Assembly: GCF_000223395.1 (NCBI RefSeq) | Contig: NC_015931.1 | Location: forward strand, 930,001 to 962,000 | Source of the DNA: Pyrolobus fumarii 1A | GTDB taxonomy: Archaea; Thermoproteota; Thermoprotei_A; Sulfolobales; Pyrodictiaceae | Reading direction: 5' to 3' | DNA: 32,000 nt | In this document: positions 1 through 8,816 of the stretch, piece after piece | How the letters are laid out: every line of letters begins with the position of its first letter | Numbering within the stretch: position 1 is the first letter of the stretch | Notes under the pieces: generated by a model | Told to the model about the DNA's origin: nothing | Databases searched by the model: none | The model's input: the letters and a program-made list of their open reading frames with translations, nothing else | Position numbers and translations under genes: made by a program

Positions 1-1115
1 CCTAGCAGCGCGAGGAGCCTTACAGCGCGGCGTATAACTAGCCTGGCTAGGTACCCCTCACCGCTATTAGACGGTACTATACCATCGCCAAGCATCCACA
101 TAATGGTTCTCGTGTGGTCTAGGAGAGCATAGACTCTAGCCGCCTTTTCCAGCTCCGCTTTCACCCAATCAACGTCAGCGCCGAGCGCGGATGCAATCTT
201 CTCATAGTATGCTTTGATGCTCTCGGGTGACTCTGGGTCTAGGTAGCCAGCCAGCCTCGCAGCGCTCCATAATAGTTTCTCTTCGGGCTCATCAACGCCT
301 ATCACCTTGAAGAACTCTGGAACAAGCTCGCGGTATATGGCGTGGAAGGCTGTAGGTGCACGCCTATTGCTAAACCACGTTATCCTCTCCAGGCCGTAGC
401 CAGTGTCGACAACCCTCAACGGCATCTCTACATATTTGCCGTCCCTAACCTCGTACTGCATGAAGACTAGCGTGGCAAGCTCCAGACCGCCTACAGTCAC
501 CTCGAAGCTCGGTCCAGCGTTGCCGCCACCCTCCCACCACGACTCCTTGAATACAATCTCCTCTTCGGGAATCCCCAGCTCTTTAGTGAAGAACTCAAAA
601 GCATACTCTACCGTCTCGTCCTTCCAGTAAACGTGCTTATCGGGGTAGTTAAACGCGTGATGACCACCCATAGTGAAGCCGGTGAGGTGCCTACCAACAG
701 TGAGACCAACGTGATCTATATCCTCAAGGCGTATACACGGTTGTGCTATCACGAGTGGATTCGCGGGTGGCGGCACAAGACCGCTAGTAACGTGAGGCTG
801 AAACACAACTATACTCGCTATTGTGAGGTAGAGATCCTCCCTCCATCTCGCAACAACAGGTCTAGGTGGTATGATAGTGTGGCCGTGCCTCTCGAAGAAC
901 CGCAAGAACTTCTCGATAGCCTCGCGTAGCGTCAGCTCCGGCACGCTCCTGGGTATATCCCAGAATCGATACTCCTCACAGGGTGCGTCGCCGCACGTCT
1001 CCCTCTCACTACTGAGCGTCCAGAAGTACTCGTTGCAAACCTTGCACTGCTTACGGTGGAAACCGCGCTCCTTGAAGAACTTCAGCCTATAGACACTCGG
1101 GTCTACGCGGGTCAA
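1..1115 (-). CDS. alaS: Alanyl-tRNA synthetase (archaeal type), N-terminal ~370 codons; the gene continues past the left window edge
   Basis: Absent from the ORF track because it is open at the window edge. My hand translation of the minus strand from TTG 1115-1113 (in-frame TGA at 1124-1122) is stop-free to base 1. It reads (M)[32 protein letters not shown]...[19 protein letters not shown]...[29 protein letters not shown]...[13 protein letters not shown]...[21 protein letters not shown], which I recognise as the archaeal AlaRS catalytic core. The TTG start is uncertain. Confidence 0.85.
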   Translation of the reverse strand, partial: MTRVDPSVYRLKFFKERGFHRKQCKVCNEYFWTLSSERETCGDAPCEEYRFWDIPRSVPELTLREAIEKFLRFFERHGHTIIPPRPVVARWREDLYLTIASIVVFQPHVTSGLVPPPANPLVIAQPCIRLEDIDHVGLTVGRHLTGFTMGGHHAFNYPDKHVYWKDETVEYAFEFFTKELGIPEEEIVFKESWWEGGGNAGPSFEVTVGGLELATLVFMQYEVRDGKYVEMPLRVVDTGYGLERITWFSNRRAPTAFHAIYRELVPEFFKVIGVDEPEEKLLWSAARLAGYLDPESPESIKAYYEKIASALGADVDWVKAELEKAARVYALLDHTRTIMWMLGDGIVPSNSGEGYLARLVIRRAVRLLALL

Positions 1116-1206
1116 CCACGATCACCTTACCGGCCCAACAGGGGGAGCAGCATAACGACCTATACTCTTTAGGCTCTGCATAGTGATGGGCGCTAGAGCC
1201 CCTAGC

Positions 1207-1212
1207 TTTAAA
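1207..1212 (+). promoter_or_regulatory. TATA-like box (TTTAAA) upstream of rpl39e
   Basis: TTTAAA lies in otherwise GC-rich spacer, 38 nt upstream of ATG 1250. This fits an archaeal TATA with a short leader. Confidence 0.45.
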
Positions 1213-1249
1213 GGCTGTCTGTGCTTTCTGGCAGTGCCGGGGGACGATA

Positions 1250-1405
1250 ATGGCGCGGAACAAGCCTCTTGCTAGGAAGCTGAGGCTTGCCAAGGCGTAC
1301 AAGAGTAACAGCCCGGTGCCAGTATGGGTTATCGTGAAGACGAACCGTAGATTTACAACCCATCCGAAGCGGAGGCACTGGAGGAGGAACTGGATAAAGG
1401 CGTGA
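1250..1405 (+). CDS. rpl39e: 50S ribosomal protein L39e
   Basis: Below the ORF-track length cutoff. Hand translation: [51 protein letters not shown] (51 aa), a typical L39e. It sits directly upstream of rpl31e, as in the conserved archaeal cluster. Confidence 0.9.
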   Translation: MARNKPLARKLRLAKAYKSNSPVPVWVIVKTNRRFTTHPKRRHWRRNWIKA

Positions 1406-1406
1406 G

Positions 1407-1694
1407 GTGAGCGCGGTGCCCAAGGAGAAGAAGGAGATGGTCTACGTTATCCCCCTTAAGCGTGTCTACTGGGGTAGGAGGACTAACCGTGCGGCGCGTG
1501 CTGTAAAACTAGTTAGGCAGTTTGTGGCTCGCCACTTCGGCGTTGAGCCCGAGAAGGTGTGGATAAGTAACGAGGTTAACGAGTACATCTGGCAGTTTAG
1601 CATCGAGAAGCCGCCGAGGCGCGTCAAGGTATACGTCGTTAAGGACGAGGAGGCTGGCTTAGTGAGGGTATACCTGGCTAGGAAGCAGGACTAA
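1407..1694 (+). CDS. rpl31e: 50S ribosomal protein L31e
   Basis: Track ORF (GTG start). YVIPLKRVYWGRRTNRAARAVKLVRQFVARHF...EVNEYIW is L31e-like, and it sits in the conserved rpl39e-rpl31e-eif6 order. Confidence 0.9.
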   Translation: MSAVPKEKKEMVYVIPLKRVYWGRRTNRAARAVKLVRQFVARHFGVEPEKVWISNEVNEYIWQFSIEKPPRRVKVYVVKDEEAGLVRVYLARKQD

Positions 1695-1697
1695 CCG

Positions 1698-1702
1698 TTT
1701 TT
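1698..1702 (+). terminator. Oligo-T (T5) tract just after the rpl31e stop
   Basis: TTTTT lies 4 nt after TAA 1692-1694. Oligo-T is the archaeal intrinsic termination signal. It may be only partially effective inside this cluster. Confidence 0.35.
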
Positions 1703-1737
1703 CCCTAGGCGCGGGAAGCTGCCGGGGGCTACGGATT

Positions 1738-2430
1738 TTGTCCGAGGAGAAGGGGGCTATTGAGAAAATCAGCATCTTTGGCAACTCGAACATAGGGGTC
1801 TACATATTCGCCAACAACAAATTTGCGCTAGTGCCGCCCGGCGTAGCCGAGAGCGACAAGAAGAGGATACGTGATACTCTCGGAGTGGACATAATAGAGG
1901 TCAAGATAGCAGACATGATAATCAATGGAGTGATGGTTGCGGGTAACGACAGGGGGTTGCTTCTCCCAAGGATAGTCAAGCCTGAGGAGATAGACGAGCT
2001 CAAGAGTTATATAGGTGGTAGCGTGCGCATAGAGGTGCTCAACATACGTAGTACGGCACTTGGCAACCTCATAGCTGCTAACAACAATGGTGCTCTAGTT
2101 TCGCCTCTCGTTGATAGAACCGTGCTAGAGATCGTACGAGATGTGCTTGGTGTTCCTCGTGTCGAGATGAAGAGGCTTGCGGACATACCGTCAGTTGGTT
2201 CAATGCTAGTCGCCAATAGTTACGGTGGGCTTGTGCACCCCGGGGTCTCCGACGAAGAGATAGAGTTCCTCCAGAGTGTGTTCGGCGTTGAGTTCATCCG
2301 CGGGACGGTCAACTTTGGCCTCTACTTCGTGAAAGCCGGGATAGTGGCTAACGATAATGGTGTGCTTGTCGGTGAGGATACAACTGGCCCTGAGATTGCG
2401 CAGATAAGCCAGGCGCTTCTTCCAAGGTGA
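1738..2430 (+). CDS. eif6: Translation initiation factor 6 (aIF6/eIF6)
   Basis: FGNSNIGVYIFANNKFALVPPG, repeated GN/VAGN/ANS segments typical of the pentein-fold eIF6, about 230 aa, conserved position. The track start is TTG. Confidence 0.9.
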   Translation: MSEEKGAIEKISIFGNSNIGVYIFANNKFALVPPGVAESDKKRIRDTLGVDIIEVKIADMIINGVMVAGNDRGLLLPRIVKPEEIDELKSYIGGSVRIEVLNIRSTALGNLIAANNNGALVSPLVDRTVLEIVRDVLGVPRVEMKRLADIPSVGSMLVANSYGGLVHPGVSDEEIEFLQSVFGVEFIRGTVNFGLYFVKAGIVANDNGVLVGEDTTGPEIAQISQALLPR

Positions 2431-2480
2431 AGCCGTTATAATAGTCCGGTCTATGCGTTGCGGCACCGGGTGACTAGTTA

Positions 2481-2759
2481 ATGGCTACAAGCGGCGATGT
2501 GCAGGTCAAGATATTCCGTGTAGAGGGCCGCATGCTCATTAAACACGACAAGTTCCCGACATGGTGGAAGTTCCGCAAAGAGGTTAGAGCGTTGACGCCC
2601 GAGCATGCGATAGAGAAGGTACTGTCCGAGATGGGTAGCAAGCACCGCGTCAAGAGGTATAACATCGTGATTGAGAGCGTCAAGGAGATTAGTCTGGATG
2701 AGGCAACCGACCGCTATGTGATCCTCCTCTCGCAGCTAAAGAAGTGGGTGAAAGAGTAA
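2481..2759 (+). CDS. rplX: 50S ribosomal protein LX (L18Ae/L20A family)
   Basis: VKIFRVEGRMLIKHDKFPTWWKFRKEVRALTPEHAIEKVLSEMGSKHRVKR matches archaeal LX. A TTATAAT TATA-like box lies at about 2436-2442 upstream. Confidence 0.85.
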   Translation: MATSGDVQVKIFRVEGRMLIKHDKFPTWWKFRKEVRALTPEHAIEKVLSEMGSKHRVKRYNIVIESVKEISLDEATDRYVILLSQLKKWVKE

Positions 2760-3196
2760 TGAGTGAGCAACGCATAGACGTAAACACACTTCTGCAGCAA
2801 CTGTCCGCACTAGAAGAGTACATAGCAGCGCTTCAGACTAGCATAGAGCGTATCAATGCCAGTTTGCAAGTCCTCTATGCTGGCGAGAAAGCACTAGAGG
2901 AGCTTCGCAACGGCGACGTCGAGGCACTAGTAGATTTGGATGGAGGCGGTGTAGTGTACGGTTTTGCCCGCATAAATGGAGGCGAGAAGAGTAAGGTGCT
3001 CATCCATGCCGGGCTCGATGTGTTCGTAGAGGTGCCTATTGACAAGGCTCTCGAGATAATAAGGCAGAGGCAGGCTGAGACCGCTAAGACTCTTGACGCG
3101 TACCGCCGCGAGCTCATGAACGCTCTGGGTGCCTATCAGCAGCTGAGGGCTATGCTAGAGCAGGCGATAAGGCCGGCGGCTAGGCAACAGGGTTGA
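2759..3196 (+). CDS. pfdA: Prefoldin alpha subunit
   Basis: Coiled-coil / beta-hairpin / coiled-coil layout (LLQQLSALEEYIAALQTSIERINASLQ ... VLIHAGLDVFVEV ... LDAYRRELMNALGAYQQLRAML). I prefer ATG 2759, which overlaps the rplX stop as TAATG, over the track GTG 2744. Confidence 0.85.
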   Translation: MSEQRIDVNTLLQQLSALEEYIAALQTSIERINASLQVLYAGEKALEELRNGDVEALVDLDGGGVVYGFARINGGEKSKVLIHAGLDVFVEVPIDKALEIIRQRQAETAKTLDAYRRELMNALGAYQQLRAMLEQAIRPAARQQG

Positions 3197-3209
3197 ACCA
3201 GGGGAGCAA

Positions 3210-4154
3210 ATGGTACTCAAGAGGCTTCGCAAGGTACTTCAGGGTTTTGTAGAGAAAGTTGAACGTGTAGTACAGAAGGCAGCTGAAAAGGCTACAACAA
3301 AGACGATCAGCGAGAAAGATGTAGACGAGTTTCTCCAGGATCTTCTCATGGAACTCATAGAAAGTGATGTTGCGTTTGAGACCGCCGAGAAGCTGGTAGA
3401 GGAGTTGCGCAAGAGACTAGTGGGTCTTCAGGTGCCGAGAGGAGCTGATACGCGCAAGATACTTGAGGGCAAGGTACATGAGGCTCTCGTTGAGCTTCTC
3501 AAGACAGGATGGCGGCATATAGACCTAGTGTCCGAGGCCAAGGAGAAGTGTAGACGAGGCGAACCTCTTGTCATAGTATTCTTGGGTGTAAATGGCGTAG
3601 GAAAAACGACAACGATAGCGAAGTTCGCCTACATGTTCAAGAAAGCAGGGCTCACACCAGTCATAGCAGCAGCTGATACATTCCGTGCAGGTGCGCAGGA
3701 GCAGCTGAGGCTTCACGCTGAACGTGTAGGTGCGGTTTTCGTAGGTGGGCGTTACGGTGCCGATCCTGCCTCGGTAGCTTACGATGCGATACAGATGGCC
3801 AAGAGTAGGGGCTATTGTGTGGTCCTAGTTGACACTGCAGGGCGCATGCATACCGATATCGACCTCATGGAGGAGCTTAGGAAGATTGTACGTGTAGCCA
3901 AGCCAGACTACAAGGTGCTTGTGGTTGACGCTTTAACCGGGAATGATGCTGTGGAGCAAGCGAAGTTCTTTGACGAGGCGGTGGGTGTCGACTTTGTAGT
4001 CCTTACAAAGTTTGATGCGGATGCCAAGGGTGGTACAGCGATAAGCGTTGTGGATGCTATCAAGAAGCCAATACTGTTCCTTGGCGTGGGTCAACGGTAT
4101 GAAGACTTGGAGCCCATGGAGCCAGAGAAGCTTGTCGCCAAGCTGTTATCCTAG
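3210..4154 (+). CDS. ftsY: Signal recognition particle receptor FtsY
   Basis: SRP-GTPase motifs GVNGVGKTTTIAK (G1), DTAGR (G3) and TKFDADAKGG (G4). The 314 aa length and the position after pfdA fit FtsY rather than SRP54. Confidence 0.9.
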   Translation: MVLKRLRKVLQGFVEKVERVVQKAAEKATTKTISEKDVDEFLQDLLMELIESDVAFETAEKLVEELRKRLVGLQVPRGADTRKILEGKVHEALVELLKTGWRHIDLVSEAKEKCRRGEPLVIVFLGVNGVGKTTTIAKFAYMFKKAGLTPVIAAADTFRAGAQEQLRLHAERVGAVFVGGRYGADPASVAYDAIQMAKSRGYCVVLVDTAGRMHTDIDLMEELRKIVRVAKPDYKVLVVDALTGNDAVEQAKFFDEAVGVDFVVLTKFDADAKGGTAISVVDAIKKPILFLGVGQRYEDLEPMEPEKLVAKLLS

Positions 4155-4186
4155 CGGGGTTTAGGGCACCAGTCTGGGCGCGGGCA

Positions 4187-4363
4187 ATGATAGAGAAAGT
4201 GCGCGAGACCCTAGAGACATGGCGGCAGATAATACTCAGGACGAGGAGACCTAGGCGTGACGAATTCCTACTAACCTTCCGTATTGTGCTGCTCGCGATA
4301 CTTGCTATAGGCGCGGTTGGTTATGCTATTCACCTGGCAGCCAGGTTTGTGCTTGTAGGGTGA
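4187..4363 (+). CDS. secE: Protein translocase subunit SecE / Sec61-gamma
   Basis: Below the track cutoff. Hand translation: [58 protein letters not shown] (58 aa). It has a basic amphipathic N-terminus and one C-terminal TM helix, and lies directly upstream of spt5 with a GTGA overlap. Confidence 0.8.
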   Translation: MIEKVRETLETWRQIILRTRRPRRDEFLLTFRIVLLAILAIGAVGYAIHLAARFVLVG

Positions 4364-4857
4364 AAGGTGTGACGGAGGAGACCAAGGAGCGCGGCCCGCA
4401 ACGACCTGTGAGGTTCTATGCTGTGAGGACCATCGCTGGGCGAGAGATAGACGTAGCGTTGTTAATTGAGAGTAGGGCTAGAGAGAACAATCTTGACATC
4501 CGTTCGATAATAGTCCCGCCTAAAGTGAAAGGTATAGTGCTTGTCGAGGCGCCAGCGGCGTTCATCGTTAGTGAGGCTATACGTGGTATAAGGTATGCCA
4601 GGAGTGTAGCTCCGGGCTACATACCACCCGAGGAGATAGCCAAGGTGATGAAAGAGGAGGTTGCCATACGCATCAAGGAGGGTGACGTAGTAGAGATAAT
4701 CTCTGGTCCGTTCCGTGGATTCCGTGGTAGGGTTGAGCGCGCTGACCTAGAGAAGGGTCAGATAGAACTCACGCTGCTAGACGCAAGTTATAACCTAAGG
4801 ATAATAGTCTCGCCGGACATGGTGCGCCCGGTGAGGGAGGAGACCCATGGGGCGTAA
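4360..4857 (+). CDS. spt5: Transcription elongation factor Spt5 (NusG homolog)
   Basis: NGN-type N-terminus ([19 protein letters not shown]) and KOW motif ([19 protein letters not shown]). Conserved secE-spt5-rpl11 order. Confidence 0.9.
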   Translation: MKGVTEETKERGPQRPVRFYAVRTIAGREIDVALLIESRARENNLDIRSIIVPPKVKGIVLVEAPAAFIVSEAIRGIRYARSVAPGYIPPEEIAKVMKEEVAIRIKEGDVVEIISGPFRGFRGRVERADLEKGQIELTLLDASYNLRIIVSPDMVRPVREETHGA

Positions 4858-5356
4858 GAAGACGCTCACTTTCACTGTTGAGGGTGGTAGGGTCAAGCCT
4901 GGGCCGCCAATAGCGCCTGCTATCGCGCCACTAGGGTTGAACGTAGCCGAGGTTGTGCAGAAGATAAACGAGGCGACCAAGAAGTTCGAGGGTATGACAG
5001 TACCGGTTAAGATCATCGTTGACCTTGACACTAAGGAGTATGAGATAGAGGTTGGCATTCCGACCACAACTGCGCTACTCTTGAGAGCAGCTGGTGCCAA
5101 GGAGCCGTCTGGTGACCCGGCACACCACAAGATAGGCGATATACCATTCGAGAAGATAGTCGAGATAGCCATAATGAAGAAGCCGCAGTTGACGGCTAAG
5201 ACGCTAAAGGCGGCAGTCAAGACTATACTAGGTACTGCGAGGTGTATCGGACTGCTCGTTGACGGTAAGGATCCGAAGCAGGTGGTGAAGGAGGTAGAGC
5301 AGGGTCTTTACGATGCCGTGTTGGCAAAGTACGAGGAGGAGTGGCGCAAAGCCTAA
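4847..5356 (+). CDS. rpl11: 50S ribosomal protein L11
   Basis: [37 protein letters not shown] is canonical L11. It overlaps the spt5 3' end by 11 nt. Confidence 0.92.
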   Translation: MGRKKTLTFTVEGGRVKPGPPIAPAIAPLGLNVAEVVQKINEATKKFEGMTVPVKIIVDLDTKEYEIEVGIPTTTALLLRAAGAKEPSGDPAHHKIGDIPFEKIVEIAIMKKPQLTAKTLKAAVKTILGTARCIGLLVDGKDPKQVVKEVEQGLYDAVLAKYEEEWRKA

Positions 5357-5395
5357 CCGGGCTTGGGGGGCGCGTAGCGCGCGAGGTGGAGAAGA

Positions 5396-6043
5396 GTGTC
5401 GTTCGTGCCTAAGGAGAACCTCGTGGATGCAATAAGGAAGGCGATAGCGTACTCGCCGGAACGTAAGTTCAAGCAGAGTGTTGAACTGATAGTTGTGCTT
5501 AGGGACGTTGACCCTAGGACCCCGGAGGGCCGTATAAGGGAGATAGTATTCCTTCCACATCCGCCAAAGAAGCACGTAACGATATGTGTGGTTGCAGATG
5601 GTGATATGGCTGTCAAAGCACGTGAGGTCGCCGACCGTGTAATAACTCGTGAGGAGCTACAAGGTATTGACAGGAAGATGGCGAAGAAGATAGCACAGAC
5701 GTGCGACTGGGTGCTCGTCAAGACCGATCTTATGGGCCTGGCTGGTAGGATACTTGGTCCGGCTCTTGGTCCAAGGGGTAAGATACCAGTGCCGATGCCG
5801 CCGAACGTTAACGTGGAGGCGTTTGTCAACAGGTATAGAAGTGCTGTGATGGTGAGGACCAGGGACCAGCCACAGGTAATGGTTAGGATTGGCACGGAGG
5901 ACATGAGTCCCGAGGAGCTTGCGGAGAATGCGATGCGTGTGTTGCAAGTGCTGGAGGGTAAGCTGAAGAACCCGACCTACAACATCGCGAAGATTATCGT
6001 GAAGACCACGATGGGACCGCCTATAGAGGTCCGGCTACGGTGA
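5396..6043 (+). CDS. rpl1: 50S ribosomal protein L1
   Basis: KFKQSVELIVVLRDVDPR...FLPHPP...LAGRILGPALGPRGKIPVP is L1-like. GTG start preceded by GAGGTGGA. A small GCGCG-TAG-CGCGC hairpin lies in the leader at about 5372-5384. Confidence 0.92.
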   Translation: MSFVPKENLVDAIRKAIAYSPERKFKQSVELIVVLRDVDPRTPEGRIREIVFLPHPPKKHVTICVVADGDMAVKAREVADRVITREELQGIDRKMAKKIAQTCDWVLVKTDLMGLAGRILGPALGPRGKIPVPMPPNVNVEAFVNRYRSAVMVRTRDQPQVMVRIGTEDMSPEELAENAMRVLQVLEGKLKNPTYNIAKIIVKTTMGPPIEVRLR

Positions 6044-6062
6044 GGCGGCGGGGTGGGCGCCA

Positions 6063-7109
6063 GTGGCGCTTCGCATAGCGTTCAAGAGGACTAGGCCGAT
6101 ACCAGAGTGGAAGAAGAAGGAGGTTGAAGAACTAACCAGGCTGATAAAGAGCTACAAGGTTATCGCGATCGCGGACCTGACGGGTATACCAGCGGCGCAG
6201 TTGCACCGTATACGTAAGAAGCTACGCGAGAAGTATGGCGAGGACAAGATAAAGCTGCGTGTTGCTAAGAACAAGTTGTTCAAGCTCGCTCTCGAAAGGG
6301 CGGGTATAGATGCCAGCAAGTTTGAGCCTTATCTGACTGGCAACAACATATTCATCTTCGCTAACATAAACCCGTTCGAACTCGCAATGATACTAGACAA
6401 GGAGAGGGCAAGGGCGCCAGCAAAGCCGGGTATGAAGGCGCCCACTGAGATAGTCGTGCCAGCTGGCAACACGGGTCTCCAGCCAGGTCCAATCATGAGC
6501 GTGTTTAGCAAGCTCCGTATCCCGATACGTGTGCAGGAAGGCACCATCTGGATTGCAAAGGATACTGTTGTAGCCAAGCCAGGTGACGTGATAAGCGAGG
6601 AGCTCGCGTCGCTCCTCCAGAAGCTTGGCATAGAGCCTGTAGAGATATACCTAAAGCTCAAGATGGCCTATGAGGATGGTGTGGTTATCCCAGCAGAGCA
6701 CCTCTACATCAACATTGACGAGTATAGACAGCGCGTCGAGGAGGCTGTAAGACATGCGCTGTGGGTGGGTGTAGAGATAGCATACCCAGAGCCCGAGGTG
6801 ATGAAGCTAGCGATACCGGTTGCAGTAAGGCGCGCATTCGCTGTGGCAGCCGAAGCTGGTTACGTGACACCAGAGACGGCAGAGTTCGTACTAAGGACGG
6901 CAGTTGCGAAGGCACTAGCAGTCGTCGCCGCCCTAGGCGACAAGGCAAAGGAGCTAGGCATCGAGGTGCAAGTGGCTGCTCCGGCTGCGGCTGCGCCAGC
7001 TGCTACCGAGGAGAAGGAGGAAGAGAAGAAGGAAGAGGAGGAAAAGAAGGAAGAGGGCGTCAGCGAGGAGGAGCTCGCCGGCGGTCTCGAGAGCCTATTC
7101 GGCTTCTAA
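6063..7109 (+). CDS. rplP0: 50S ribosomal protein P0 (L10 family, stalk)
   Basis: L10/P0 N-terminal domain, then an Ala-rich hinge, a Glu/Lys-rich tract and the stalk tail EEELAGGLESLFGF. Confidence 0.92.
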   Translation: MALRIAFKRTRPIPEWKKKEVEELTRLIKSYKVIAIADLTGIPAAQLHRIRKKLREKYGEDKIKLRVAKNKLFKLALERAGIDASKFEPYLTGNNIFIFANINPFELAMILDKERARAPAKPGMKAPTEIVVPAGNTGLQPGPIMSVFSKLRIPIRVQEGTIWIAKDTVVAKPGDVISEELASLLQKLGIEPVEIYLKLKMAYEDGVVIPAEHLYINIDEYRQRVEEAVRHALWVGVEIAYPEPEVMKLAIPVAVRRAFAVAAEAGYVTPETAEFVLRTAVAKALAVVAALGDKAKELGIEVQVAAPAAAAPAATEEKEEEKKEEEEKKEEGVSEEELAGGLESLFGF

Positions 7110-7115
7110 ACGCCC

Positions 7116-7553
7116 CTACTTGGTTTCTATCTCAACCTCAGCGTACCTATCCACGCTCTCCCATACCCTCAGACGCACTTTCAGCTCTCTGCATCTTTCC
7201 GCGCCAAGTCTCCTACAGAGAGCTTCGTGTAGTTCTCTTGCTAGGGTTAGTGCTATGTGTTCGGTTGTCGCTGAATTGTAGGGTATCCTCTTTACGCGAT
7301 AATTAAAAACGCCGTGTGCCTCAAAGTGGCCGCTCGCTGGTAGTATAACAGCCATGTTCCACTCGGAAAGAATCGTTTGAAGAGTATCTCTCAGCAATCT
7401 AAAATCTACTACCATGCCATGCTCGTCTAGCGTGCCTTCTACCTCGGCATCTACACGAAAAGTGTGACCGTGGAGTATGGGCGTGGAGCCTGGCTCGGGT
7501 GTATAGTGGATAGCTTCGAAGACGAGATTTGCTACACCGACCTTCACGCGCAA
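7116..7553 (-). CDS. 6-pyruvoyl-tetrahydropterin synthase / QueD-family protein (paralog class undetermined)
   Basis: FEAIHY...ILHGHTFRVDAEVEG...HGMVVDF matches the PTPS/QueD fold signature (zinc His triad region, GMVxDF). No Cys precedes HGH, so I cannot assign QueD versus a PTPS-III-like function. Confidence 0.7.
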   Translation of the reverse strand: MRVKVGVANLVFEAIHYTPEPGSTPILHGHTFRVDAEVEGTLDEHGMVVDFRLLRDTLQTILSEWNMAVILPASGHFEAHGVFNYRVKRIPYNSATTEHIALTLARELHEALCRRLGAERCRELKVRLRVWESVDRYAEVEIETK

Positions 7554-7559
7554 AATGCT

Positions 7560-8153
7560 CTACCCCACGCCTCTACAAGCATCCAGGTGAGCGTTAATGC
7601 TTGCCAATATTCTCTTAAACCATGTTAGATATTCGCCTCTCGCTCTCCTCTCAAGGAATGAGATGCAAGGCTCTACGCTCCTATAGTGCGCGAGCTTCTC
7701 GCTGCAATCGTCGAATACCTTTACACGCGTGTAAGCGATTAACAGCTCGACTAGACAGGAGGCTAGGCGCGTGAACGGCTCCGGGTCGCTCACTTTAGCA
7801 GCTCTAACCGGCCTTAGTGTCAACCTCTTCTTGTATCCATCCATTTCTATACTCTCAACCCTAGCCTCTATCACGAGGTAAGGATTGGAGAGAGTAGGGC
7901 AACAGTACTCTTGGTTCTCGGTGCGTGCCTCCCCGAATAACACTCTAGCATAGTCGATAGGGTCCGAGGGGACCGAAAGCACAACACAGCCTCCTAACGT
8001 TGCATTGTAGAGCGTTGTACCAGGGTAGAGCCATGCGTATAGCATATCCCCGTCGCGTACCACACCCAGGGGCGTGAAGCGACAACCATGGTCAAGCGTA
8101 GCGATACTAGCGATAGTCTCGTATATCACTCCTTCGCGAAACCATCGAAGCAA
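7560..8153 (-). CDS. DUF447-like protein (split-barrel type, family often linked to tetrahydromethanopterin biosynthesis genes)
   Basis: The N-terminus FREGVIYETIASIATLDHGCRFTPLGVV resembles DUF447 family starts as I remember them. Called from memory of the family and from context only. Confidence 0.45.
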   Translation of the reverse strand: MLRWFREGVIYETIASIATLDHGCRFTPLGVVRDGDMLYAWLYPGTTLYNATLGGCVVLSVPSDPIDYARVLFGEARTENQEYCCPTLSNPYLVIEARVESIEMDGYKKRLTLRPVRAAKVSDPEPFTRLASCLVELLIAYTRVKVFDDCSEKLAHYRSVEPCISFLERRARGEYLTWFKRILASINAHLDACRGVG

Positions 8154-8816
8154 CTTATCCTCGAGATACTTGAGGCCATACGGGCTAGTTTAGGTTTCGA
8201 CCCACTTGCTGATCGTAGAGCAGCTGTGCTCCTCGAGACCCTCCTCTATGAGGCTATGAGCGAGGAGCGCTTAGCGAGCATTAGGGACATCAAAGCAATC
8301 GTTGAGGGACGCCTAGTAAGCGTGGTTGCAAGCGGCGCCTGTCTAGAAAAGGAAGCTAATCTCATCGAGGGGGTCATCATAGCTGCTGATGGCGCTACGA
8401 GCGTCTTACTACACATGGGCTTCGATTGCCCAGATATCATCGTGACCGATCTAGACGGGCCCCTCGAAGATATACTATGGTGTGCCTATCGCGGCTCGTT
8501 GATAGTCGTGCACGCGCATGGCGATAATGCATGGCTGCTCCACGAAATCGTGCCAAGAACGCCTCTCGTAGCTGGTAGTGTCCAGGTTGAGCCTTTGCTC
8601 GGCCTGGCTATGCTGCTGCCAGGCTTCACCGACGGTGATAGGGCAGCTTGGCTAGCGCACGTGGCAGGCGCATCAAAGATAAGACTCGTAGGTTGGTGTC
8701 CAGATGCACCTCAACACCCGTTATCAAAGAGGCTTGTTAACCCCCTTAAGCGTAGAAAACTAGTAATTGCAGAGAAGCTACTCGAGATGCTCAAGGGATA
8801 TCGTGGAGAGTTGTAA
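8088..8816 (+). CDS. mptE: MptE-like 6-hydroxymethyl-7,8-dihydropterin pyrophosphokinase (DUF115 family) candidate
   Basis: AADGATSVLL...PDIIVTDLDG...VVHAHGDN pattern as in archaeal MptE/DUF115. The track start (GTG 8088) overlaps the divergent gene by 66 nt. There is no canonical in-frame start between 8154 and the first internal ATG, so the 5' end is uncertain. Confidence 0.55.
   Translation: MVKRSDTSDSLVYHSFAKPSKQLILEILEAIRASLGFDPLADRRAAVLLETLLYEAMSEERLASIRDIKAIVEGRLVSVVASGACLEKEANLIEGVIIAADGATSVLLHMGFDCPDIIVTDLDGPLEDILWCAYRGSLIVVHAHGDNAWLLHEIVPRTPLVAGSVQVEPLLGLAMLLPGFTDGDRAAWLAHVAGASKIRLVGWCPDAPQHPLSKRLVNPLKRRKLVIAEKLLEMLKGYRGEL

Noticed and set aside
5353-5904. 183-aa minus-strand ORF, plus 5228-5575 and 5657-5947, opposite rpl11 and rpl1
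   Set aside because: These are shadow ORFs antisense to strongly conserved ribosomal protein genes. Their composition is Ser/Thr/Leu-rich and non-protein-like.
6761-7306. 181-aa plus-strand ORF rich in Arg/Gly/Ser
   Set aside because: It is an alternative frame of the P0 C-terminal Ala/Glu/Lys-rich region and runs into the convergent PTPS gene. This is a low-complexity frame artefact.
8088-8153. 66-nt head-to-head overlap of the DUF447-like and MptE-like ORFs, considered as a genuine overlapping divergent pair
   Set aside because: This is more likely a start-codon assignment problem. The DUF447-like N-terminus looks genuine, and the MptE-like gene may use a non-canonical or downstream start. 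It cannot be resolved without orthologs.
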